64,000 nt of DNA. It comes from a virus. Below are positions 39,755 to 49,582 of this stretch, piece after piece (the first letter of the stretch is position 1; the number at the start of each line of letters is the position of its first letter). The stretch lies in IMG/VR virus record IMGVR_UViG_3300047564_005910, positions 48,317-112,316 of that record; one strand, 5' to 3'. The translations under genes and the position numbers were made by a program. Under the pieces are notes generated by a model, which saw only the letters and a program-made list of their open reading frames with translations, was not told where the DNA came from and did no database searches.

Positions 39755-40996
39755 TCAATTAACTTGTTTAATATATTTTCGTTCCGAAGAACCATAAGGC
39801 GTGAAATAAGCTTCATGGTGTTTCATAATGTTTTTTTCATCCTCTAGCCAGAAATCTTCTGCGTATTCTCGGGACCTCTTACAAAGGTCAGCATACGTAT
39901 GTTGATTTTTTGTTGCCGTCTTTATACAGTCAATAAATTCTGAACCGTTAGAGTATTTTAATATAGCGTCTTTATATGTGACCATATCGGGACATACACA
40001 CGGTATACCGAGAGCTGCAGCTTCAAGTAATTTAATATTACTCTTTGCTTTGTTGAAGTTATTATCTTGTAATGCTGCAAACGTCAATTGTGTTCCTGAT
40101 TCAGCCATAGCAAGAGGGTAATCCGGAAGTTCAACCCATGGATGGAATGTTATTTCACCTGAATCAATAAAAGGTTTAAGCGGTAACGGGTAGCAGCCAT
40201 AAAACTGCCACTTAAAATCTTTGCGTGCCTTTATTATGTGCTGTACTACTCCCGCAAAGTCATCGTTTTGATTAACTCTGTTTGTTACATCGACGTGAGT
40301 ACCGGACGCAAAAATTGTTACAACTGGTTTCTTTTTATTCTTTTCAAACTTTTTAACCAAGTCTCCTAGGTTGTAGTATCTGTCAAACCACCATTTTAAT
40401 AGATAGTTAGGTATGGTAGTAATATTTTTGTTACCGGTTTTTTCGATATAATAATCCCGCATGAAATCACAAGTTACTGTCATTTCATCCATCATGCTAA
40501 TAATCTCTAAAATACTATCTCTAATTTCGTTTTGTACGAAAGCATCTTTATTACGATTAAAATCAGGTATGTCTTCTCTAAAGACGATATCATCAACTTC
40601 ATAGATGAGTTTGAATTTCATTTCTTCAGATAATTTTTTAAGTTGCTTAACAAATTCTTTTTGCATCGGGGTAGCCTGACGCTGTATTTTAATAGCTTTT
40701 ACCCCCATATAAAAGCGAGGATCAAGAACCATGGTTGTTAATTCAGTTAAAACAGCCTTTTGGTACAGGTTTAACATTAAATTAGGGGACATACACCTGT
40801 ACCAGCTACAGCCTCCGTAATCAGCTAAATAATTTATAGCTCTAGGTAAATTCGCACCTGGTATCTCAGGTGGTGGCAAAGTAGGCATATTAGGTGGCTG
40901 TATTGCAAAATTCTGCGCCCCGGGTATACCTGGCGGTAAGCCAGCAGGAGCTCCGGGTATATTGTAAATGGCCGAATGGATTGGTGCAAAATTCAT
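39755..40996 (-). CDS. GT-B-like glycosyltransferase with Pro-rich N-terminus
   Basis: GCSWYR..P, YEVDD, VTCDFMRDYY, TIPNY and FNKAKSNIKLLEAAALGIP. Confidence 0.8.
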   Translation of the reverse strand: MNFAPIHSAIYNIPGAPAGLPPGIPGAQNFAIQPPNMPTLPPPEIPGANLPRAINYLADYGGCSWYRCMSPNLMLNLYQKAVLTELTTMVLDPRFYMGVKAIKIQRQATPMQKEFVKQLKKLSEEMKFKLIYEVDDIVFREDIPDFNRNKDAFVQNEIRDSILEIISMMDEMTVTCDFMRDYYIEKTGNKNITTIPNYLLKWWFDRYYNLGDLVKKFEKNKKKPVVTIFASGTHVDVTNRVNQNDDFAGVVQHIIKARKDFKWQFYGCYPLPLKPFIDSGEITFHPWVELPDYPLAMAESGTQLTFAALQDNNFNKAKSNIKLLEAAALGIPCVCPDMVTYKDAILKYSNGSEFIDCIKTATKNQHTYADLCKRSREYAEDFWLEDEKNIMKHHEAYFTPYGSSERKYIKQVN

Positions 40997-41034
40997 ACTT
41001 TTATTTTAATATATAAGTTATTTTTTTGATTATA

Positions 41035-42837
41035 TCAACCGTTGTTTTCTAAGAATGTGAATCCGTTTTTCTTTACAAGGAATAAGAAGTTATTAACTCT
41101 AGTTGTAATAGCAGAACCTCTATGTGTTATTATATAACAGTTTTCGTGATACTTATCAAAACGTTCCTGTAGTATTTCTAAAACTAACTCTACTCCCTTA
41201 TCATCTAAAGATGAATCTAATAGCTCGTCATAAAATACGGTATTAAAATGTATATCGCCTTGCATGCGGCGTATATCCAAAAATGCAAATAAACACGCCA
41301 AATCAATCCGTTTTCTTTCGCCTCCAGAAAAGTTAAAGTATGATTTTTCAGTATTATTTTCGTCAGTTATTTTTTCTTCAAAGTATTCATTAAATTGACA
41401 AATACAGTTTGTATGTAAAGCTTGCAAATAATGTACTAATCTCGCATTAAGAACCTTTAATACTTTTTTAACGATATACGATTTAACACCCTCTTCAGAT
41501 ACAACAAACTTTACACACTCTAAAACAGATATTTCTTTATTAAGACGGTTAACGGTGTCTTGTAAAACAGTTATTTCTTTTTCTTGATCTTGTACAATTT
41601 TTTCTAATGATGTATTCGTTTCTTTTTTAATTTTTTCTTGTTCATTTTTAAAATTAGTTATTTGTTCAGTAATATATTCTATTTTGGACGTGTATAGCTT
41701 ATTGCTATTTTTAATTTCTTGTACTTTTTCTTTTTTGGTTTTTATTTCGTTAAATTCGTCTTTTGTTTTAGTTTGTTGTTCTTTTATATTGTTGATATCG
41801 TTTTGAAGGTTGTTTTCTTTATCTGTTAAATCGGTAAACTTTGCTGTTAGTTCATTCCGTCTATCTTCTTTGTGTTTTTTATGGTCAGTAGTGTACTCTC
41901 TTTGACACGTCGGGCACGCAGAACCTTGCTTTTCAAGTTCTTCAATTTGCTGTAGACAGATTTTTTTCTCGGTACGTATCCCGCTAATTTTTTCTAAGTG
42001 GTTATTATAAATTTCTTGTACATTGTGAATACTATTTTCAATCTTTTTAATTTTTTCTTGTATTAGAGTTTCTAAATCTTGAGGTATAATTTGTATTTGT
42101 TTTTTAAAAGTATCAATGTTGTTTGTATGTTCGACTATTTTATCTTGTATGTCGATAACTCGTTTGTTTTTATTTTCTTCAAAAAGGTCTAACTGCTCTT
42201 TGTTCTGTTTATAACTCTTTTCAACGCTTTCCTTTTTTGTATATGTGACCTCGTAATCTTTTTTAAGATCGTTTAGCTCGTCTCGAGCTCTTAATAACAT
42301 ATCCGAAAAAACCTCTAGATTTAAAACACTTTCAATAAATTTTCTTTTATCAACTTTACTTTGCGCCATGAAGGGCACAGTGTTATTGATTGTCATTACA
42401 ACTGAGTTTTGAAAAACTTTTGGTGTTGATCGAATTATCTTTTGTATAAATTCGTTCGTTTTAGGAAGGGTAGATCTAGTTACATCAATATCGTCCTTAA
42501 AGATAGTGCATTTTGTAGGTTGTAAAGATCTTGTTATATAGTATTTTGTCTTTGTATTACTATTTTGTATAAAAAACTCTAAAGTAACTACACAGTTCTT
42601 TTGATTAACAGAGTTAATAATTTGATCTTTTGTAAGCTCTCTTATTGTAGATCCGAAGAAGGCAAAATGTAATGCGTCGACTACTGTAGATTTACCAACC
42701 CCGTTTTTAGAGTCTTCTTTATCGTAGTTAATGCCTGTAATGCCATTTATACCAGCATTAAAAGTAATGGTTAATGGTGTTTCCCCAACTGATAAAAAGT
42801 TTTGTACAGTAAGTTTGTTTAATACAATTAATTGCAC
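41035..42837 (-). CDS. gp46: Recombination nuclease ATPase subunit (gp46/SbcC/Rad50)
   Basis: NGVGKST, CPTC zinc hook, FSGGE, YDELLD and ITH. Confidence 0.95.
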   Translation of the reverse strand: MQLIVLNKLTVQNFLSVGETPLTITFNAGINGITGINYDKEDSKNGVGKSTVVDALHFAFFGSTIRELTKDQIINSVNQKNCVVTLEFFIQNSNTKTKYYITRSLQPTKCTIFKDDIDVTRSTLPKTNEFIQKIIRSTPKVFQNSVVMTINNTVPFMAQSKVDKRKFIESVLNLEVFSDMLLRARDELNDLKKDYEVTYTKKESVEKSYKQNKEQLDLFEENKNKRVIDIQDKIVEHTNNIDTFKKQIQIIPQDLETLIQEKIKKIENSIHNVQEIYNNHLEKISGIRTEKKICLQQIEELEKQGSACPTCQREYTTDHKKHKEDRRNELTAKFTDLTDKENNLQNDINNIKEQQTKTKDEFNEIKTKKEKVQEIKNSNKLYTSKIEYITEQITNFKNEQEKIKKETNTSLEKIVQDQEKEITVLQDTVNRLNKEISVLECVKFVVSEEGVKSYIVKKVLKVLNARLVHYLQALHTNCICQFNEYFEEKITDENNTEKSYFNFSGGERKRIDLACLFAFLDIRRMQGDIHFNTVFYDELLDSSLDDKGVELVLEILQERFDKYHENCYIITHRGSAITTRVNNFLFLVKKNGFTFLENNG

Positions 42838-42878
42838 AGACTTATTTTAAAATAAAAAACAAAATTATCAAGAAAGTT

Positions 42879-43910
42879 TTAATTAAAGAGCTTTTTTGTC
42901 CAAGTTTTTGGAGTGTTCTCTGTTTGTATTTCTATTGGAAGATGATAGTTAAAGCAACGTACTGGTTGGGTTTTTATCCATTCTACTGTTTCTTTAATAG
43001 TATCATCGCAGCTGTAAAGTGTTTTGTAATTTAGGATCCCGCTCGCTTTCTGAGTGTCAACCCATGCGTATTTTACTTCTCTCGGTCTATCAGGCATGTG
43101 TTGTATTTTTGGCTCCATATTACAAGCAGCACCTACTTTATGAGCGAGGTCTAAAATAGTAATTTCAGTGCCATCGCTAGGGCCGATATTAAAAACTTCT
43201 TTGCTATTAATAGTATCACGTTTTTCGTATAGAGATACGAACGCGTCAATGCAGTCACTTACGTGAGAAAAACTTCTCTTTTGTAAGCCGTCCCCATAAA
43301 CATAAACAGTTTTATTATTTAAAATAAGGTTAGTAAATATGCTCATAACATTTCTAAAAGGATCCGAATAGCATTGATTCGGGCCAGCGACGTTATGAGG
43401 AACCATATGATATACCTTTATTCCATAAATATCGCTCATTAAGTTTAGGTGTTGTTCAGCATGAAGTTTTGCTAGACCGTACGGGTCAATAGGCTGTGGT
43501 GTTGAATCTTCTACGAATGGTGTAGGTAGATTACCGTATCTAGCCATACTGCTTGTATTTATAAACATTGGTGCACCGCTTGCTATAGCAGCACTACATA
43601 TGTTAACTGTGCCTGCGTAAATATTTTCACATATTGTTTTAGGGCTAAAAACACTTAACCCTTCATGAGCAAGTGCAGCACAATGTATAACTAGATCAGC
43701 TTTTATTTCTTTAAAATGTTCAGCTATCGCTTGAGTATTTAAAATATCGGCCTGTATAAAAGTAAAATTAGTTACGTTAGGTAAATTCGAATAATAACCA
43801 CCTATTAAATTGTCAATCCCGTAAACTTTCCAACCTAAAGATAAAAATTTATATGCCAAATGACTACCTATAAGACCGGCTACTCCTGTTATTATTACTT
43901 TCTTTTGCAT
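42879..43910 (-). CDS. NAD-dependent nucleotide-sugar epimerase/dehydratase
   Basis: ITGVAGLIG, HCAA, TSS, YGLAK, YGDGLQKRSF and FNIG. Confidence 0.92.
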   Translation of the reverse strand: MQKKVIITGVAGLIGSHLAYKFLSLGWKVYGIDNLIGGYYSNLPNVTNFTFIQADILNTQAIAEHFKEIKADLVIHCAALAHEGLSVFSPKTICENIYAGTVNICSAAIASGAPMFINTSSMARYGNLPTPFVEDSTPQPIDPYGLAKLHAEQHLNLMSDIYGIKVYHMVPHNVAGPNQCYSDPFRNVMSIFTNLILNNKTVYVYGDGLQKRSFSHVSDCIDAFVSLYEKRDTINSKEVFNIGPSDGTEITILDLAHKVGAACNMEPKIQHMPDRPREVKYAWVDTQKASGILNYKTLYSCDDTIKETVEWIKTQPVRCFNYHLPIEIQTENTPKTWTKKLFN

Positions 43911-43916
43911 TTTTTT

Positions 43917-44651
43917 TTATTTATACCCTTTAATAATAGTTCTACCGTGTAAGAGACTTGAACTTGCTTCCCCGCAATTAGGCTTACCTGCTGCTACATT
44001 TAAAATAGAATTGTCCCACTTTTTCCACGATTCTTTAATCTCGGGCTTATCCCCCCAAATAAAAAGGTCCCAGTGAGGATAACTCTCTTCAGGTATATTG
44101 CGGATTACCCATTTCGGGTGATGTCCGTCCCATTTTTTAAGCCAATGTGGCGTTGAAAGTATAGCACCAGGTTTATTAAGAGGTGATTTCCAGTCTTGAT
44201 CGTAATCTGCTTCGTGACTTTCGTATATAGCCAAGTCAGCCTCTCTTAAGCGCCACACCCACTCTCTATCTTCCCAACCACCATGTACGTATCTTTCATC
44301 CCACCAACCAATATTACGAATTAGTTCTTTAGAAAAAGCAGAAAAACCAATGCCGTACAAACACGTCCAAGCAAAGCCAGACTCTAAATGTTTTATCATT
44401 TTTTTAATCTCATTGGGTTTAGGGTGAGCACGATCATTAATAAAAAAGATCCATTCTGTCGGGGATGTTGCTACAGAGTGATTTAACATTAACGAATATG
44501 ACTCATACATAAACGGATACCGGTCGATACGGTTATTCCAATGTACTTTATATTCTTGTTCTAGTGGTTTAAGCGCTTCAATTTGTTTATTAACAACGTC
44601 CCTGCTACAGCCACAGTGTAGACAAATTGTAAATTCTGTTATTTTAAACAT
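43917..44651 (-). CDS. GT-A (GT2-like) glycosyltransferase
   Basis: WIFFIND and IGWWDERYVHGGWEDRE. Confidence 0.75.
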   Translation of the reverse strand: MFKITEFTICLHCGCSRDVVNKQIEALKPLEQEYKVHWNNRIDRYPFMYESYSLMLNHSVATSPTEWIFFINDRAHPKPNEIKKMIKHLESGFAWTCLYGIGFSAFSKELIRNIGWWDERYVHGGWEDREWVWRLREADLAIYESHEADYDQDWKSPLNKPGAILSTPHWLKKWDGHHPKWVIRNIPEESYPHWDLFIWGDKPEIKESWKKWDNSILNVAAGKPNCGEASSSLLHGRTIIKGYK

Positions 44652-44652
44652 A

Positions 44653-45465
44653 TTAAATCGCTGGGTAACGTTTTGTATATTCGTCGACTAACCACGGCTG
44701 ACCACCAGCGAAGTGTCTATATATTACATTATCAGGATTTGCACGCGAAATGTCGTATAGTGCTGGCTTACCAGTTGTCTTATCCCCGGTTTCTTCGTAA
44801 AGATGTGTAACGTTCCATTCCGTAGGAAGTACCTCAACATGTTCAAGTAGTTCATCTAAAGAAAAGATAGTGTGTTCTGTTACTTGAGAATGTAACCCGT
44901 TGTTTGGCAGTTCATAAAATGATTGCCAACTATGTGGTTTAATACCGGCGTTAATATAATAAGCTTGTTGATCTCCGTGGTAAAATGTACATTCTTGATT
45001 ATAATGTTCGTTCCAGAGTTTAAAATCTTTACATTTGTAAAATCTTTCTTTTGAGATTAAGAGATCAACAAGGTTACGAGACCATTCATCAATTTTAAGA
45101 ATAAAAAAGCCAAAGCAGTGGGTATTACCTGAATCAATTGCGTAAGTAAAGCTTTTTGTCGGTGTGTGAATTTTATCCATTTGACAAATAAACGTGTCAG
45201 CGTCAAACTGATAAACCATATCCCCGTCTTGAAGTTTACCTGATGTAAGTAATTTTTTAAAGATATGCCATCTGTTAAAATGAAAATTGTCACCAGGCCC
45301 TAATTCCGGAAAATAAATTTGAGGAGTAAAATCATTCTTAGTAATTTCGACATATTTTAGCCCGTGAATTTCGCAATATCTCTTATTACGTGGGGAAATA
45401 TATTGTTGGAACAATTTTTCTTTCTCGCCGCTATATATAGCTAATGTAACAAAATACTTTTTCAT
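44653..45465 (-). CDS. GT-A glycosyltransferase (GT34/GT8-like)
   Basis: YCEIHGL.Y, FDAD (DxD), DQQA, LPTEWNVT and HFAG. Confidence 0.7.
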   Translation of the reverse strand: MKKYFVTLAIYSGEKEKLFQQYISPRNKRYCEIHGLKYVEITKNDFTPQIYFPELGPGDNFHFNRWHIFKKLLTSGKLQDGDMVYQFDADTFICQMDKIHTPTKSFTYAIDSGNTHCFGFFILKIDEWSRNLVDLLISKERFYKCKDFKLWNEHYNQECTFYHGDQQAYYINAGIKPHSWQSFYELPNNGLHSQVTEHTIFSLDELLEHVEVLPTEWNVTHLYEETGDKTTGKPALYDISRANPDNVIYRHFAGGQPWLVDEYTKRYPAI

Positions 45466-45483
45466 TAAGATAGTTTATTGTGT

Positions 45484-46275
45484 TTATAGACTTTTTGCAA
45501 GATCTAGTATTGTATCTTTATAGTAATTAAAATCGCATACTGTAGTATCTTTTTGAATTGTTTTTTCGTATTTTGATTCTAATAATTCCTGGGTTATGTC
45601 AGACCATTTATCTATAAACAGTATCGGGCTATTCTTAAACGTATGTAACGGCACACTTTTTAAGCAAATAGGAATTGTACCTACATACATAGACTCCCAT
45701 ATACGGTGACAATCGACGCTATTACCTGGTGGTGAAATTACATATTTGTATGTACTAAGTTTTCTCAAGTAGGTCTCAAAATCTAGTTTCTCTTTTTCAA
45801 AATCAATAAAAGGTATTTCTTTTAATTTTTGTAATGCTAAAAATCTAGCATTATGATTTGTGTTTATATCAAAATTACAGTAACAAAAATTTTTCTTATC
45901 ATTTTTTTCTTTAATAATTTTTATAACAGTGTCTTTATTACCGTGAGGCCAGACTTCATTAGCCATTCCTATTGGTATAGGGAATAATTTTTTATGTATG
46001 GTATGACAGTTCATGCCAAACCACATAACAAGATTTTCGTTATTAAGAATAGAAAGATATTGATTAGTTACAGGGGCGTCGGCATCGTGTGTTATTAGAA
46101 TAAACTTGTAATTAATTTGTGGTAACACCCTCGCCATAAAGACAGGTATGTTATCTGAGTGTAAAAAGAAGATTTTATTTTCTGGTTTTAGTTCGAGTTT
46201 AATCCTGTTTCGTGCAATATAGTTGTTTGCTAAGTCTAAAAAACGGTCAGGGGTTATAATAAAACTGTTTGTCAT
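45484..46275 (-). CDS. Exostosin-like (GT47-type) glycosyltransferase
   Basis: LITHDAD, PIPIG and YKYVISPPGNSVDCHRIWESMYVGTIPI. Confidence 0.75.
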   Translation of the reverse strand: MTNSFIITPDRFLDLANNYIARNRIKLELKPENKIFFLHSDNIPVFMARVLPQINYKFILITHDADAPVTNQYLSILNNENLVMWFGMNCHTIHKKLFPIPIGMANEVWPHGNKDTVIKIIKEKNDKKNFCYCNFDINTNHNARFLALQKLKEIPFIDFEKEKLDFETYLRKLSTYKYVISPPGNSVDCHRIWESMYVGTIPICLKSVPLHTFKNSPILFIDKWSDITQELLESKYEKTIQKDTTVCDFNYYKDTILDLAKSL

Positions 46276-47240
46276 ATATTTAAAAAGTGTTTAATTTTCT
46301 TTTTATTGTGTACATGTAAATTAAAAATGGGTATATTAATACCCTTGTAAACTATAAAGGGTTCTTTATTAAATTTTACTTCAATATTTTTATCTATTAT
46401 TTCTTTACCAACAAAATGTCGATATTCACAATACCCTTCTGGGTGACCGTTATTAGTGCCTCCTAAAAATTGTCCGTAAGAAGTGGGATCAAATACAGCT
46501 TGAACAGTTTCAAAGTTTTTTGAATACTCCCCGAGCGGTACGCACGGTAACATTTTGTATTGTTTTGAGCCTTTACGGATTAAATCTAAAAACGCCATAT
46601 CGGTTATCCAAGGCGCAAAATGACCAACATACGGGCGTATTACTTGCTCTCCTTTATTCAAAAGTTTTATGTGTAGTTTGTACAAAGTATCCCCTGCTGC
46701 AGCATCTTTAATATATATTAAAGAAGGAGCCGATGAGTTTGGGGCTTCGTTGCACCATCCAAAATCTCCTGCAGAAAATAGACTATTTATTTTTGTAAAA
46801 TCATTAGCAAAAATTATATTATCGGCTTCTATATGAATAGTATTTTCGATATTGAACTTTTTCACTGCTATAGTCAAAACTATAACACGAGCAAAGGTAG
46901 TAAACCAAAACGGATCGATGCGATAACGAGACCATTTAGCATTTAAAACTTCAATGTACTGTTTAAATTCATCAGTAGGTACAATCTCTTGGTCGACATC
47001 GATATAGGTTATATTTGTTTCGCCAAGCGTTTTTTTAATAGTTTCGATCTCTTTACTGTGACTTATTAAATAAGTGTTATCAAATTTTTTTCGGTTATAA
47101 TTTAATGTGTCTAGGTAATATTCAGGTACACTCTGATAACTATACGAGCTCGTTTGAGTTTGTGGTAGTGCACAAAACTTATCGTTTAAAAAGACATAAA
47201 CAAGACTGTTTGACATTTTAATCTTTATAGAGTGTTTCAA
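46272..47240 (-). CDS. Putative glycosyltransferase
   Basis: FW..TFAR, HIEADN, TDM, FDP.SYGQFLGG and NLHVH.K; located within the GT cluster. Confidence 0.65.
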   Translation of the reverse strand: MKHSIKIKMSNSLVYVFLNDKFCALPQTQTSSYSYQSVPEYYLDTLNYNRKKFDNTYLISHSKEIETIKKTLGETNITYIDVDQEIVPTDEFKQYIEVLNAKWSRYRIDPFWFTTFARVIVLTIAVKKFNIENTIHIEADNIIFANDFTKINSLFSAGDFGWCNEAPNSSAPSLIYIKDAAAGDTLYKLHIKLLNKGEQVIRPYVGHFAPWITDMAFLDLIRKGSKQYKMLPCVPLGEYSKNFETVQAVFDPTSYGQFLGGTNNGHPEGYCEYRHFVGKEIIDKNIEVKFNKEPFIVYKGINIPIFNLHVHNKKKIKHFLNI

Positions 47241-48006
47241 ACATCTGACTTAGTACCGGTCTTTCATTAAACTGATGAACAATAGGGTAGGGTTCGTCGT
47301 TTGAGGCGTACAGTTTAGCATTTTTAACATTATCATTTGTTAATTCATTATCGCTGACATGTGCTAGATGAACAATATAATCGTTACCGTGTGTTAAAAT
47401 TGTTGGTTTAATACTATTAAAAACGTAATATAAAACATTCAATATTACCTGATCATAAGCAAAATAATACTGTCTAGCTAAAACGTTTTGAAGCTCATAA
47501 GCTACCTGTTTTTGATAATCTTTAATACTTTCTTTTGAACCTATTGTAATACCACAGTTTAATATTTTTTTATCTTTTACTTTATCGTAATCAGGGCTAT
47601 ACCCCATATTAAACCAAGTAGTGTTAGTGTCACACTCTGAATATAATTTTTTTTCTTCGCAAATAATAAAAGTATCAGTTTTAACTTTTTCTAAAATTTT
47701 AAACGGATCTTCTTGAAAAATAACGTCAACATCTGTTAAAAGTACGTTACAGTCTTCTTTAAAGTCTTTAAGGAAAAAGTAATATAAAATAGGTTTTAGG
47801 TTAAATGGTGTAAGATTTAAATTAATCTTATACTTTTTTGCCATATCAAAAATATTAACTGTTTTAACTTTTTCGAAGCCTGTAAATTGATCAGGCCTAT
47901 CTGTAATGAGATATAAATCTCCTGACGCATATTTGTTATAACTTTTTAAAAACGGTAAAACGTTTTTACGTCCGTAGTTTATCGATAGGGCTATGGTAAT
48001 GTTCAT
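47218..48006 (-). CDS. Putative GT-A glycosyltransferase
   Basis: VLLTDVDVIFQEDPF, LNCG..IG, DQVILN and IVHQF. Confidence 0.75.
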   Translation of the reverse strand: MNITIALSINYGRKNVLPFLKSYNKYASGDLYLITDRPDQFTGFEKVKTVNIFDMAKKYKINLNLTPFNLKPILYYFFLKDFKEDCNVLLTDVDVIFQEDPFKILEKVKTDTFIICEEKKLYSECDTNTTWFNMGYSPDYDKVKDKKILNCGITIGSKESIKDYQKQVAYELQNVLARQYYFAYDQVILNVLYYVFNSIKPTILTHGNDYIVHLAHVSDNELTNDNVKNAKLYASNDEPYPIVHQFNERPVLSQMFETLYKD

Positions 48007-48800
48007 GATTTAAAATATTGTTGTTCCAGTTCTTCTTCGTTTTGAAACGGTATATACCATAATATATTATTATGGGTAGGTCTTTTTAGCAAGACGTTTT
48101 GTACATAACCGAACCACTTTAGTCCTAATTGATCTTTATCAGATGCAAACGTGTCTCTGTTATATTCATTCCCGGGGTCGGTTTCCATCGATGAGCTTTT
48201 ATGGTCAAGATGAAATATCGATAGTGGTGGTTTGTTTAAAACTTTACAATCCCCATATATCATACATTTAGCAAAAAAATATGTATCCCAATATGCTCTG
48301 CTTAATAACATTGGTTTAAATTTTTCTTTATTTTGCACCCACCATTCTTTTTTAATACCAAAACCATCAAAACCGTGCACACTAACTGATTGTGGTACAG
48401 AGGTTTTGTCGTGTATAGAATCTAGTTTAGTAAAGTGAAGCTTTGTAGCTGGAAAGCATTCTTTTGTTGGGTTTTGGTTAATTGCTTTTATAAATCTATC
48501 TGAAATTGCAACGTCACTGTTTATAAAAATAAAGTAATCGTAATTTAAATGAGCAAGTATGTCAAAAATATCATTTACAAACGGAAGCTTTTTTTTAGCT
48601 AAATCCACATTTGTTCTTTCTAATGCATGTACATTTAAAAACCCATCTAAAACAAAACTTTCGTCTTTATATGTAACACTTACAGCTTCTACTGTATCGT
48701 ATTTTTTACAAATTTCCCGAATAGAGTCAACACACATTTGCTCTCTGTTGTTAAAGTCTTTTTCGTTTTTATATGTGTTAATGCCAATAGCTATTTTCAT
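48003..48800 (-). CDS. Putative GT-A glycosyltransferase
   Basis: YDYFIFINSDV, GFDGF, YWD and FHLDH. Confidence 0.7.
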   Translation of the reverse strand: MKIAIGINTYKNEKDFNNREQMCVDSIREICKKYDTVEAVSVTYKDESFVLDGFLNVHALERTNVDLAKKKLPFVNDIFDILAHLNYDYFIFINSDVAISDRFIKAINQNPTKECFPATKLHFTKLDSIHDKTSVPQSVSVHGFDGFGIKKEWWVQNKEKFKPMLLSRAYWDTYFFAKCMIYGDCKVLNKPPLSIFHLDHKSSSMETDPGNEYNRDTFASDKDQLGLKWFGYVQNVLLKRPTHNNILWYIPFQNEEELEQQYFKS

Positions 48801-49582
48801 TTTTTTAACATATTAAGAAGTTTAAGCATATCCTCTCGGGACGTATCAGGTATTTGATTAACCATTAACCCGTGCTTTTCTTTAAAGTACGCCCACTCTT
48901 TTTGTATTCTTTGTTCCCGGGAACCGTCGGGTCGATCGGCCTGTAAGCGGCTTTTTGCATCAGGATTGTTCATAATGTATTCATCTGAATTTGTTATGTC
49001 AGCAAACCACCAAAACGGTGAACTATAGACATGGCCTGATTCTCTATAAGCCATGTCTATATCAAACGGATCTCTAAAATTACCGTCATATAAACCGACT
49101 GACTCAAAACAAGATTTATGATGATATGTAAATTCGTTACACATATTTTTATAAAAAGAAACACTCGAACCATTTTTATATTCGACTGTTAAACGAGGTG
49201 TTCTTTTACCTGGTGTTCCAGATTCCCAAGCTGTACTTACGTAAGAAAAATACTTTAAACCAGAAGCATCTGAAGCGTTTATGTATGCTTCAAAAATATT
49301 AGGGTTTTTAATTAACATATCATCTTCAATAATAAAAATATGTTCGCAATCCCTGTTTAATAGAAACGTTAAACAATCATTTCGGCAAACAGATGGGTAA
49401 AAATTTTTAACATGTTGTACCCAATGTGCACGTTTGTATTCTTTTTCTCGTTCATAACGGTCCCCGCCATTGACTACTACTAACTGATCAATCTTATCAT
49501 GAGGTAGAGTATTATACAGTGAGTAAAAATACTCTTCAGAGTTATATGTAACAATACCTACACCTATATTATTTTTGCTCAT
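48797..49582 (-). CDS. GT2-like glycosyltransferase (paralog of 49569-50363)
   Basis: IGVGIVTYN, VVVNGG, HIFIIEDD and VGLYD. Confidence 0.8.
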   Translation of the reverse strand: MSKNNIGVGIVTYNSEEYFYSLYNTLPHDKIDQLVVVNGGDRYEREKEYKRAHWVQHVKNFYPSVCRNDCLTFLLNRDCEHIFIIEDDMLIKNPNIFEAYINASDASGLKYFSYVSTAWESGTPGKRTPRLTVEYKNGSSVSFYKNMCNEFTYHHKSCFESVGLYDGNFRDPFDIDMAYRESGHVYSSPFWWFADITNSDEYIMNNPDAKSRLQADRPDGSREQRIQKEWAYFKEKHGLMVNQIPDTSREDMLKLLNMLKK

